Positions 30,044 to 38,875 are shown, numbered from the stretch's first letter. The stretch is 64,000 nucleotides of DNA from Acidimicrobiia bacterium (GCA_049317385.1 JBMOIJ010000002.1:76581-140580); one strand, 5' to 3'. The notes: generated from the letters alone by a model not told the origin. Numbers and translations are program-made.

Positions 30044-30910
30044 CTACGCAGGCGGCGCAGGCGCAGGCGACGCATTCGCGGCGGCGAGCTGCGCATCGAG
30101 CTCGCGTTGGCGCAGCCCCTCGAGGAACCGCTTCGCCAACTCGGCGTTGTAGCGCGTCTCCACTTGCGAATCGGCATTCCCTAGGTACGGACTCGCAAGA
30201 TCGCCCTGACCGAACGCGTGCTTGTCGGGGTCGATGAAGTAGTAGCCGGTGTCGTTGCGGTACTCGATGACTGTTCCATCACCCTTGATGTTCGGGACCC
30301 GGTCCGCAGCGCGGTACACACCGTATCGACGTTCGCCGTCGACCTCGAGAGACGTCACCTTCACGACGTCGCGCGCTCCGGTTTCGTCAGCTGCCGTCAA
30401 GTCGTTGGCAAACATGGTCACGGCAGTACCCCAGTTGCGGACGTACGGGACGTACGAAGGCAGCTCGGCGAACGGTTCGCGGGCGAACACGTCCATGAAG
30501 TTGTTGGCGCCCGCGAACCCATCGCGTGCCTTCATGGCGTAGAGGATCGCGTAGAAGAGGTCGGTGATCTGTGCATCGAGGGTTGCGGCGTCATCACGTT
30601 GCCAGGTTGCGTCCGCCGCCGCTCGCGACTTGATTGCGGGGTCTGGCTCCGCAGCGGCACGGGCCTCGAACGCTTGCACCATCGTCAGCGCACGCTGACG
30701 CATGTCCTGCAGCGTGGCAGCCGACTGCTGCGCCTCGGAGATGATGGCCTCGAGCTCGCTCACGGCAGCCGACGCGTTGCTCATGATCTCGCTCACGCTG
30801 TCATTGATGGTCTTCGACGCTTGCTCCAGCGTGTTGCCGTACGCGCCGATGCTCGTGCCCACGTGACTCAGGACTTCTGGGATCGCTTGGGTGATCATTT
30901 GGTCACTCAT
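30044..30910 (-). CDS. candidate type VII secretion substrate/effector: helical N-terminal region plus an unassigned C-terminal domain
   Basis: It is the last gene of the minus-strand secretion operon. The N-terminal ~95 aa are Ala/Ser/Gln-rich and helical with no signal peptide. The C-terminal ~190 aa has no recognisable motif. Confidence 0.45.
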   Translation of the reverse strand: MSDQMITQAIPEVLSHVGTSIGAYGNTLEQASKTINDSVSEIMSNASAAVSELEAIISEAQQSAATLQDMRQRALTMVQAFEARAAAEPDPAIKSRAAADATWQRDDAATLDAQITDLFYAILYAMKARDGFAGANNFMDVFAREPFAELPSYVPYVRNWGTAVTMFANDLTAADETGARDVVKVTSLEVDGERRYGVYRAADRVPNIKGDGTVIEYRNDTGYYFIDPDKHAFGQGDLASPYLGNADSQVETRYNAELAKRFLEGLRQRELDAQLAAANASPAPAPPA

Positions 30911-30919
30911 CGCCCGCCC

Positions 30920-31189
30920 CTAAATGCCTGCGACGTGTTGACGCATACCGAGGCCGGTTGCCCGAGCGTGCTCGAGCCGCTCGGCTACCGCTTGCATCGT
31001 AGGCGAGAAACTGTCGCTGTACACAGAGGCAAACGAACCGTGCCACTGCGCAGCCCAGGCGTTGAAATCAGGTACCCGAGCCGCTCCGGCGGCGTTAGTG
31101 AGCTTCTCGCACGCGTCGGAGATTGAGTTCTTCCTCACGTTGCGCACGTCATCGACGCGGGCCTTGACCTGCGATGCCGTCAGCGGCAT
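30920..31189 (-). CDS. small helical WXG100-like protein (89 aa)
   Basis: It has a central W-x-G (AAQWHGSF), a size of ~90 aa, and ends 9 nt upstream of the 288-aa gene. Confidence 0.5.
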   Translation of the reverse strand: MPLTASQVKARVDDVRNVRKNSISDACEKLTNAAGAARVPDFNAWAAQWHGSFASVYSDSFSPTMQAVAERLEHARATGLGMRQHVAGI

Positions 31190-31275
31190 GGTCGTCCTCC
31201 CGGAGTTCCGAACGCGGGCCGCGCGTCACGCGCAGCCCGTCCTCCGATATTTGATTCCGCGCGTGGTACGAACGA

Positions 31276-31575
31276 TCAGCCGGCCATGCCGCGAATGCGA
31301 CCGCCGTACATTGCGTCAGTACCCATCATCTGGTCGTGGGTCCGAACCGTGTTCTGACCGAACTGACGGTTCTGGTCACAGATCTGCTTGGCCCGGTTCA
31401 ACCGGAGCGCAATCTGGTCACGGATGCCTTGGGCGCCATCACCTTGGAACTGCGTCGACTGGAACACCGCGAGCAGCTCTTGGTGGGCAGCGTTGATGAG
31501 GTCAGCTCCGGTCGCCGTCTTGGTGTTGACGTCGGTGGCGCCGGTCGTGGTCATGCGAATGAAGTCAGCAGGCAT
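31276..31575 (-). CDS. small ESAT-6/WXG100-like helical protein (99 aa)
   Basis: Size, helical composition and the central turn FQGDG fit. It sits directly downstream of the EssC/EccC-type ATPase. Assignment is by context only. Confidence 0.45.
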   Translation of the reverse strand: MPADFIRMTTTGATDVNTKTATGADLINAAHQELLAVFQSTQFQGDGAQGIRDQIALRLNRAKQICDQNRQFGQNTVRTHDQMMGTDAMYGGRIRGMAG

Positions 31576-31605
31576 TGTTCAGCTCTTTCTGCGAGAAGGG
31601 GTTGC

Positions 31606-31914
31606 TCACCAGCCCGGAGTGACCGGGATGTTCGCCACGCCATTGGCGCCAGAGGCGACGAGCTGGTGGGACTGGCCGTCGAACTCGATGGTTTGCGACG
31701 ACAGCATCACGAGCACTTCGCGCAGGTACCCTGCGGCTCGCTTGAGGTCGGCGGAGAGCTGCACGCTGGCGTCGTGGTGCAAACCGGCGTGCCCGGTGTT
31801 GTTCACCGAGTTCGCCACGTTGCCTTGTGCGGCATTGAGGATCTCGCCGGCCTTGCGGGCCGACTCGGCGGTCTTGGCTGCATCGGCTGACGACAGCTGG
31901 GCGATCTGGGCCAT
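31606..31914 (-). CDS. small ESAT-6/WXG100-like helical protein (102 aa)
   Basis: AAGGAG lies 9 nt upstream of the ATG at 31914. Size and composition fit. There is no canonical WxG motif. Assignment is by context only. Confidence 0.4.
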   Translation of the reverse strand: MAQIAQLSSADAAKTAESARKAGEILNAAQGNVANSVNNTGHAGLHHDASVQLSADLKRAAGYLREVLVMLSSQTIEFDGQSHQLVASGANGVANIPVTPGW

Positions 31915-31980
31915 CGGGAAACGCTCCTTGAATCTGGCCGGGGGCCGTGTCCGTTACGGCCGGTACTTCCGCTTCCCGGT

Positions 31981-32011
31981 AATTGGGAGAATAGATAGCA
32001 ATCTCCCAATT
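31981..32011 (-). promoter_or_regulatory. AT-rich perfect inverted repeat immediately after the ATPase stop codon
   Basis: AATTGGGAGA (31981-31990) and TCTCCCAATT (32002-32011) are separated by the 11-nt ATAGATAGCAA. It lies 1 nt from the stop codon at 32013-32015 and about 70 nt upstream of the first small gene. Confidence 0.45.
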
Positions 32012-32012
32012 G

Positions 32013-35000
32013 TCAACGGCGGGTTCGCAATATTCGCTCAGGGACGATTGCCACCTGCCCGGTGACCGGCATCCGGTCGATCGTCAACAGGGCCCGGCCC
32101 GCCGGCCACTTCTGCCCCGGAAGCTCGCGTAACCGCGTCCCCACCAGCTCGGAGTCCTGCTGCGGATCCGGGCGGAAGCAACACACGTTGCGACCACGCC
32201 GCACTTCGGCCAACCACCCCGAGTACGCCCGGGCGGCGAACCCCGAGTCGCACGCGGCGACGATCCGCAGGTGCTCACGCCCCGGCGCACGGAGTGCTGC
32301 GTCGAGCGCCATGGCCGTCATCCCGTCACCGATCTCCTCGGCGTCGTCGATCACCAACACCACGGGCGGCGCGCCGGCCGGCCGCATCATCAACGTCCCG
32401 GCCAACGACTCCACGAACGTCGGCATGTCCATGCCCACGTGCACGCCTGACCAGATCGGCAAGGCCGCCAGCGGCGACGGACGGCCGCTCAACAAGTGCA
32501 ACTCCGCGCCTCGGCCCCGCGCCGCTTGCGCCGCAATGACCGCGAGCGCGTTCGTGCGGCCGGTCTGGCGCGGCCCCACCACCAAGTAGTGGCCGAGCCG
32601 GAGATCCGCCGTGGCCAACGCCAATCCTTCTGGCGCCGCGAACACCCCGATCGGAAGCAGCAGCGGTTCGGTCGGCGCGGGCAACCGATCAGCCGGAACC
32701 TGCGTTGGCAACGACTCGAGCCGTTGCGCACGCTGGCCACCGTCACGCACCTGCAAGTACTCGACAAGCGCGCGCAACGCCCGGTTCTGCGCGTCACCAG
32801 CCGCGTCATCACCAGGAACGGCGAACTGCATTTCGATGCCGTCGCCCATGAACGCCCGACCGGTCGGCAACACCGAGTCCCGAGCAATCGTGTGGGGCAC
32901 ACCCAACGTGGTGAGCTCGTCGGCGTCGGCCATGCGCATCACCAAACGGCATTCGACCAAGCCCCCCAACGCGTAGGGAATCGCGCCCCGCCGGTCACCC
33001 GTGATCACGAACGACACTCCGAGCGGACGACCTTCGGCAACCAGCCGCTGCACCCGGTCGTTCCACGCGCCGTAATCGACCCGCTCGAACGCGGCGCTGA
33101 ATCCACCGTAGGAATCGAGCAGCACCACGATGCGCGGCGGCGTCGCCTGCCCGTTCGCCGCCGCAATGCGACGGAACTCCGAAAAGCTGCCGGCGCCAGA
33201 ACCAGTGAGCAACGTCTTGCGCTCATCGACCTGTCGTTCCAGGTAGGTCAACATGCGGTCGACGTCCTCGGCCTCACGCGCGGTCACCACCCCGCCGCAG
33301 TGCGGCAGGTCTGCCAGGCTGGTGAGCGCACCGGCCGCACAGTCGATCACGAAGAACTGCACGTCGCGTGCCTGCGTGCCCACCGTCAACGACGCAGCAA
33401 CGGATCGCAATGCCGTGGTCTTGCCGGCGCCGCTGGTGCCGTACAACAAGATGTTGCCGTCGGACTCGAAGTCGTGGACGTAGACCCGTTGGCGCTGCTC
33501 CGCCGGTTCGTCGATCATGCCGAACGCGGCGCGCCGCCCCGGGTCGACCGGGTCGAAGTCCTCGGCCCCCACGAGCGACGCGATCGGAATGACCGGGTCC
33601 AACGGCGGCAGCCACGGACGGCGCACCGGCGGCAAGTGCAGCTGCGCTGCCGCGCCCAACATCGCGTCGACCAAGCGGCGCAGGTCGGTGGCGCTGCCTT
33701 CGGCAACCACCGGCTGGGACGTGCGCCCCTTCGCGCCCGCGGTGAGGTCGGCCACCGTTCCCGAGCTCTTGTCCTTCTCGGCGGTGTAGCCACCGCTGTA
33801 CGCGGCTTGGAATGCCGTCAGTTCGGAGTGGCCCAAGCGGGCGTACGCGCGACCGGGCAACGTGCGCGGGATCCGCACCGCGGCCGCGTCGTTGATCACG
33901 TCGGTGCTGTCGTTCGCATCAGCGACGCGCAGCGCGATCCGCAGGTTCGTGTTCGCACGGATGTTGTCGTTCACCACCCCAGCCGGCCGCTGCGTGGCGA
34001 GCACGAGGTGCATACCGAGCGAACGACCGCGCTGGGCCACGTCGACTATCCCGTCCACGAATTCGGGCACTTCTCGGGCCAGCACCGCGAACTCGTCGCA
34101 GATGATGATGAGGTTCGCGGGTGCTTCTTCTGGCGCGACCCGCTCGAACTCCACGATGTCCTTCACACCGCGCGCCTTGAACACGTGCTCCCGGCGGCGC
34201 ACTTCGGCGTTCAGCGACAACAACACCCTCCGAGCCAAACGCCCGTCGAGGTCGGTGACCATGCCCACGGCGTGCGGGAGCTCCACACACTCGGCGAATG
34301 CGGCACCACCCTTGTAGTCGACGAACAAGAAGTTCAGCCGCTGCGGCGAGTGTGACAGCGCAAGGGACGCCACCAACGTCTGGAGCAGTTCGCTCTTGCC
34401 CGCACCAGTCGTTCCGGCGACCAACGCGTGCGGGCCGTCGCGCCGCAGATCGACCGTGAGCGGACCTTCGGCCGCCATACCAATGGGCGCGTCGAGCCGT
34501 GCATGCGGTGAACGCCAGCCCCGCGCCACCCACTCGGCCGTCGGATTCTCGACGTCGAGCATCTCGAGCAGGTTCACGACCCGCGGCACCCCGCCGCCGC
34601 CGGCGGCACTCGTCACGTCGACGACCGGCGCCAGGGCCCGTGCGGCGCGCGCCACCAACTCGTGAGGAACGTCGTCCACGACGAACTCGAACTCGGGCGT
34701 GTCGGTCCCCGGTCGATGCATCCGACCAAAGCCGCGGGCCGGAAGCTCGGCCACCGTGCGAATCCCACCGGGAAGCTTGCGCGCATCGCTCCCCACCCAG
34801 CACACGTACACGCCGACTTCGGGACCTTCGGCCAGCAGTCGGTCCACTGCGCTCGCAGATTCGACGGCCCGCTCGTGCAGCACGGCGAGCACGGCGGCAC
34901 CAAGGGTCGAGCGATCCACCGTGAAACCCGAGCGCGTCTCGTTGACGCGCGCCGTCACCAAGTCGACCAACCGTCCCACCAGCTCGCGCGACGAATCGGG

Positions 35001-36422
35001 GGTGGACGCCACGCTCGGGCCATCGCTCCCCACGTGATCACGCGTATGCGGGAGCCATTTCGCCCATTCCCATGCGCCGGCGCGATCGGGCGGCACACAC
35101 ACCACCAGCCCCAGGTCGCGATGACTGTGCAACGCCGCCGCCTGGAGCGCACACCACGCGCCGGTTGCTTCGACGCGGTTGGCATCGCCGACCAGACCGA
35201 GCGAACGATCTTCAGGTAGCGCCGGCGCCAGTGGCACCGCCCGCAACGGACGGTCGATCATCAAGCGCTGCGCGGCCAACTTGCGCAGATCATCGCGCCC
35301 GCCGTCGGGCAGCTTCACCGATCCCAGCGCCGGAAGATCCGCCAAGCCCACGCGCAGCGCCAGGAAGTCAGGATCAGTTGCGCGCCGCTCCCAGACGTCG
35401 CTGCGCAAGCTCATGATGCGGTCGAGCACGTCGGCCGGGTCGGGTTGGGTGATCCGCCGCCGGCGCCGTTCGTCGTCGCGCGCGCTCGCGACGTCGGCGC
35501 TCAGCTGCTCGACGCGGCGACGGAACTCGGCTTCGTCGCCGCGACCTTTCTGCTTCGTCTTGCGCTTCTGGTCGAAGTGCTGCCACACGACCATGACCGG
35601 CGACAAGAACATGAACCCGGCGAAGAGGATGTTCTTGGTGAAGACCACCATCGCCACCCCCATGAGGAGCGGCGCGATGGCCATGGCCCAGGCGATCTCA
35701 GGCCGCTGCGACCGTTCCGGTACGGCCGGCGCCTCGATCGTGCGTTCGACCGGCGGCACCGAGGTACGCGGCGGACGGTTGAATCGAACCTTCCCGTGCC
35801 GCACTTCTCGCTCGGGTGGCGGCGCGTCAACCGGTCGGTACGCCAACCGGTGCTCGCCGATCGCAAGGATCTCGCCCGGCGCCAGCTCGTAGGGCGCTCG
35901 GATGCGACGGCCTTCGGCCCGAACCCGCGCGCCCGGCGCCGGCACCACGCGCACCAAGCCGGGCGCAACCTCGAACGCGAACGGTTCGCGCACTGCCCCG
36001 ACTGCTCCCAGCCGCACCTCGTTGCGAGCGTCGTTGCCCACGCTGTGGGTTCCGGCCGGCAACGACCAGTGGCGTCCGGCGTCGGTTCCCCCGACCACGG
36101 CGAGTTCAATCACCGGTGCGGCCACCTGCGGTGCGCTCGCCGCGCCACCGAGGCCACCGTTGACGACCCAGTGCGTGTCTTCGCGTCGAGCCAACAGCAG
36201 CGCGTCACCGTTGCAGAGCGCAGCCGAGCGTACCGTCTGGTCGCCCAACCACCGCTTGCGTGCGGTGTCGAACATGGCGAGTTCGCCGGCCGCGCCGTCG
36301 GCGAGCCCCAGGTGCGCGGCAACCAGTGCCACGAGATCCGCAGCCATCGCCTCGTCGTCGATGTCGATCGCCACGTCACGAGCGGCGCCTCCGGGCGGTT
36401 GTACAACCAGCGCAAGTTCCAT
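32013..36422 (-). CDS. EssC/EccC-family type VII secretion ATPase (three FtsK/SpoIIIE domains) with an N-terminal ubiquitin-like and FHA-like region
   Basis: The ATG at 36422 shares one nucleotide with the upstream stop (TGATG). Two TM helices are present (IAWAMAIAPLLMGVAMVVF and ILFAGFMFLSPVMVVW). Walker A motifs are GTTGAGKS (with DEF Walker B), GTSGAGKT and the degenerate GPRQTGRT. Confidence 0.85.
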   Translation of the reverse strand: MELALVVQPPGGAARDVAIDIDDEAMAADLVALVAAHLGLADGAAGELAMFDTARKRWLGDQTVRSAALCNGDALLLARREDTHWVVNGGLGGAASAPQVAAPVIELAVVGGTDAGRHWSLPAGTHSVGNDARNEVRLGAVGAVREPFAFEVAPGLVRVVPAPGARVRAEGRRIRAPYELAPGEILAIGEHRLAYRPVDAPPPEREVRHGKVRFNRPPRTSVPPVERTIEAPAVPERSQRPEIAWAMAIAPLLMGVAMVVFTKNILFAGFMFLSPVMVVWQHFDQKRKTKQKGRGDEAEFRRRVEQLSADVASARDDERRRRRITQPDPADVLDRIMSLRSDVWERRATDPDFLALRVGLADLPALGSVKLPDGGRDDLRKLAAQRLMIDRPLRAVPLAPALPEDRSLGLVGDANRVEATGAWCALQAAALHSHRDLGLVVCVPPDRAGAWEWAKWLPHTRDHVGSDGPSVASTPDSSRELVGRLVDLVTARVNETRSGFTVDRSTLGAAVLAVLHERAVESASAVDRLLAEGPEVGVYVCWVGSDARKLPGGIRTVAELPARGFGRMHRPGTDTPEFEFVVDDVPHELVARAARALAPVVDVTSAAGGGGVPRVVNLLEMLDVENPTAEWVARGWRSPHARLDAPIGMAAEGPLTVDLRRDGPHALVAGTTGAGKSELLQTLVASLALSHSPQRLNFLFVDYKGGAAFAECVELPHAVGMVTDLDGRLARRVLLSLNAEVRRREHVFKARGVKDIVEFERVAPEEAPANLIIICDEFAVLAREVPEFVDGIVDVAQRGRSLGMHLVLATQRPAGVVNDNIRANTNLRIALRVADANDSTDVINDAAAVRIPRTLPGRAYARLGHSELTAFQAAYSGGYTAEKDKSSGTVADLTAGAKGRTSQPVVAEGSATDLRRLVDAMLGAAAQLHLPPVRRPWLPPLDPVIPIASLVGAEDFDPVDPGRRAAFGMIDEPAEQRQRVYVHDFESDGNILLYGTSGAGKTTALRSVAASLTVGTQARDVQFFVIDCAAGALTSLADLPHCGGVVTAREAEDVDRMLTYLERQVDERKTLLTGSGAGSFSEFRRIAAANGQATPPRIVVLLDSYGGFSAAFERVDYGAWNDRVQRLVAEGRPLGVSFVITGDRRGAIPYALGGLVECRLVMRMADADELTTLGVPHTIARDSVLPTGRAFMGDGIEMQFAVPGDDAAGDAQNRALRALVEYLQVRDGGQRAQRLESLPTQVPADRLPAPTEPLLLPIGVFAAPEGLALATADLRLGHYLVVGPRQTGRTNALAVIAAQAARGRGAELHLLSGRPSPLAALPIWSGVHVGMDMPTFVESLAGTLMMRPAGAPPVVLVIDDAEEIGDGMTAMALDAALRAPGREHLRIVAACDSGFAARAYSGWLAEVRRGRNVCCFRPDPQQDSELVGTRLRELPGQKWPAGRALLTIDRMPVTGQVAIVPERILRTRR

Positions 36423-37966
36423 CAGCGCTTCCCCGCCTTCAGCGAGGACGTGGTGGGGACCGGCGGCCGGGTCGCGCGCTCCAGCTGCGGGCGCATCGAC
36501 TCGAGGAACCACTGGCTGAGTTCACCGATCTTCGCCGTCTCGCTCTCGACATAGCCCCACACCTGCGCCTTGTCGCCGGTGAAGTCGACGCGTGCGGTCT
36601 GATCACCCGACAGACAGAAGTACTCGCCCGCCTTGGTCTGGTCCCGCGACGTGGTCCACGCGTGCACACCCGGCTTCGCGCACTTCTCGTCGGGTGTCCC
36701 TGCGCCACCAGTGTTGGTGGTGAGCAACGACGTGCGCTTGCCGTAGCTCTGCGCCATCGTCGACTCGTCGACGAACTCGGCAAGGGTAAGCGCACCGACG
36801 GGGGTTGCGCACTGCAGTCGGGCCACTTCGCCGACGCCGTCCCCCACCGGCACCGACTGGCACGACACACCGTTCGGCGCAATGGCCCGCAATCGTTGGG
36901 TGGCCAACGCGGCGGCGTCGGGCGCGGCCGTCGTGGTGGTGACTGCCACCGGCCGATCGTCGGATGATCCGAACAAGAAGTACCCGCCCAGACCGAGCAC
37001 CACGACCAGCGCGCCCACGCCCGCCAACACGGTTGCACGCGAGAAGCGCGGCGCCGCCATGGCCACGCGGTCGTCGTCTGCCGGTTCTTCCACGGCCGGG
37101 TCGGGGGTGACCAACGCCGTTTCGACGGCCTGCACGAACTCGGCCGGTGTGCGCGGGCGTTGGTCGATACGGGCATCGAGCGCAGCCGCGAGGAGCGCGT
37201 CGAGCGCCATTGGCGCGTCGGGGCGGAACGATCGCAGGCGGCGCGGCAGATCGCCCTCGTGCCACGGTACGTACTCGCCATCGATCCACGCCGGCCCCAC
37301 CGGGGCCACGCCGGTCACCGCGGTGAAGTACGTGGCGGCGAGCGAGTACACGTCGGCGCGGCCGTCGAACGCCCGACCGGCATTGAACTCCGGGGCCGAG
37401 AACGGGTCGCGATCGAGTTCGTGATCGGGGGCGACACTGAAGTCGCTGACGAACACACGTGCGCGCGTGAGATCGCGATCGTCCATGAGGACGTTGGAGG
37501 GTCCACACTTGCCGTGCCACTCCGCGTGGGCGTGGGCGGCATCGAGCACCGTGGCTACCGCGCGCACCACCGCCAGTGCCAGCTGCGGGTCGAGCGCGCC
37601 GTGCTCTTCGATCACGTCAGCGAGGCTGGCGGCGAGCACCGTGCGGTACGCGACGTAGGGCACGCCGTTGACTTCGCCCACGTCGTGCACGTTCACGTTG
37701 GTGAGGCGATCGAGGCGATGCGCGCGCTCGGCCAATGCCCACGCCCGCGCCCGCACATCCGACGCCGGCCGCACGCTCGACCACACCTTCAGCGCCAGGT
37801 GGTACCCGGTGCGGGTGTCGACGGCGCGGTACACAGCGCTCCACCCACCGGTGCCGAGCAGCGCCTCCAGGCGGTACGGGCCGAACTCCGAACCGACGGC
37901 CAGTGGCGGGGCGGCGCGCGACGACTCACCCGGTCCGGGTGTGTGCGCGTCGAAGCCGTCGGCCAT
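36422..37966 (-). CDS. membrane-spanning Ser/Thr-kinase-fold protein, predicted pseudokinase, with an extracellular Cys-containing domain
   Basis: The Gly loop is LGTGGWSAVY and the lysine context is LALKV. The catalytic loop reads HGKCGPSN where HRDxKPxN is expected, and DFS replaces DFG. The TM helix is VLAGVGALVVVLGLGGYFLF. The C-terminal ~170 aa contain 4 Cys. Confidence 0.75.
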   Translation of the reverse strand: MADGFDAHTPGPGESSRAAPPLAVGSEFGPYRLEALLGTGGWSAVYRAVDTRTGYHLALKVWSSVRPASDVRARAWALAERAHRLDRLTNVNVHDVGEVNGVPYVAYRTVLAASLADVIEEHGALDPQLALAVVRAVATVLDAAHAHAEWHGKCGPSNVLMDDRDLTRARVFVSDFSVAPDHELDRDPFSAPEFNAGRAFDGRADVYSLAATYFTAVTGVAPVGPAWIDGEYVPWHEGDLPRRLRSFRPDAPMALDALLAAALDARIDQRPRTPAEFVQAVETALVTPDPAVEEPADDDRVAMAAPRFSRATVLAGVGALVVVLGLGGYFLFGSSDDRPVAVTTTTAAPDAAALATQRLRAIAPNGVSCQSVPVGDGVGEVARLQCATPVGALTLAEFVDESTMAQSYGKRTSLLTTNTGGAGTPDEKCAKPGVHAWTTSRDQTKAGEYFCLSGDQTARVDFTGDKAQVWGYVESETAKIGELSQWFLESMRPQLERATRPPVPTTSSLKAGKR

Positions 37967-38038
37967 CGAAATACTCCTCTGGTCGGTCAGAGGAACGTGT
38001 CAGCCGCTTCCAGCGCCGGAGCCAGGCCCCAGAGGCGC

Positions 38039-38875
38039 TCAGTAGCGGCGCATCACCTCTTCGAATCGCTCCGACACGGTCGCGGAGACCGTCTCGAACT
38101 GGTCGGGCGAGAGCTGCAGCGCCTCGAGGGCAAAGAGGCTCGCCTCGGGGTCGGTGTTGTCATCGTTGCCCGCACCGATCGTCTTCGCGATCACATCAGC
38201 CACGTGGACGGCGAGGGTGATCGGCTCGGCACATTCATCGGGGTCGTGGTGGTACGTGATCCCCTGGGTGATGGCTTCGGGCAGCCCCCAGCTCTGGGCG
38301 ATCAGTCCGCCGAGTTCCCCGTGGTGCACACCGAGGATCTCGGACTCGGCCACCCGACGCGACACCCCACCTTGTTCCTGGGCCCGCTCGAGCGTCTCGA
38401 GCACTGCGGCGTCGAGGAACCGACCCATCACCAGCTTGCCCACGTCGTGGAGCAACGCGGCCGTGGTGGCCTCGTTCGGGATACGGACACGCGTGTGGCG
38501 CGGCATCACTTCCGCAGCCAACGACGCCGCCACCGAGTGACGCCACAGGTCACCTTCGGCCAAGCCGTACTCGGGCAACGACTGCTGCATCCGCTTGCGC
38601 ACGTTCACGCCGAGCGCCAGCGACAGGACGGTTCCGTAGCCAAGCCGGATGACTGCGTCGCGAACCGTCGTGATCGACGTGCGGCTCGCGCTCCACGAAG
38701 AGTTCGCGCTGCGCAACAGGCTGGCGGTCAGCGCTTGGTCGTACCCGACGATCTCCGCGATCTCGGCGAGGTCCGGGTCGCCGTTGGAAACCAGGGAAGC
38801 CAAGCGGGTGACACTCGCAGGGAGCGGTTCGAGGCACGCAGCCGCTTCGGCGAGAGCATCGAGATCCATCGCCAT
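38039..38875 (-). CDS. HDOD-domain signalling protein
   Basis: An HD-like core is present (ALLHDVGKLVM, GVHHGELGGLIAQSWGLP), and length and architecture are typical of HDOD proteins. Confidence 0.7.
   Translation of the reverse strand: MAMDLDALAEAAACLEPLPASVTRLASLVSNGDPDLAEIAEIVGYDQALTASLLRSANSSWSASRTSITTVRDAVIRLGYGTVLSLALGVNVRKRMQQSLPEYGLAEGDLWRHSVAASLAAEVMPRHTRVRIPNEATTAALLHDVGKLVMGRFLDAAVLETLERAQEQGGVSRRVAESEILGVHHGELGGLIAQSWGLPEAITQGITYHHDPDECAEPITLAVHVADVIAKTIGAGNDDNTDPEASLFALEALQLSPDQFETVSATVSERFEEVMRRY

Noticed and set aside
29953-30177. A small ORF (74 aa, minus strand) downstream of the 288-aa effector candidate, considered as a possible immunity gene.
   Set aside because: It overlaps the 3' end of the 288-aa gene in another frame. 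It is Arg/Pro/Ser-rich with no hydrophobic core or RBS, so it looks like a spurious GC-rich frame.
36422-37966. Annotating this gene as an active Ser/Thr protein kinase that phosphorylates the FHA-bearing ATPase.
   Set aside because: The catalytic loop lacks the HRD aspartate and the loop lysine (HGKCGPSN). The FHA-like region lacks the usual phosphothreonine-binding Ser/His. A scaffold (pseudokinase) role fits the sequence better.
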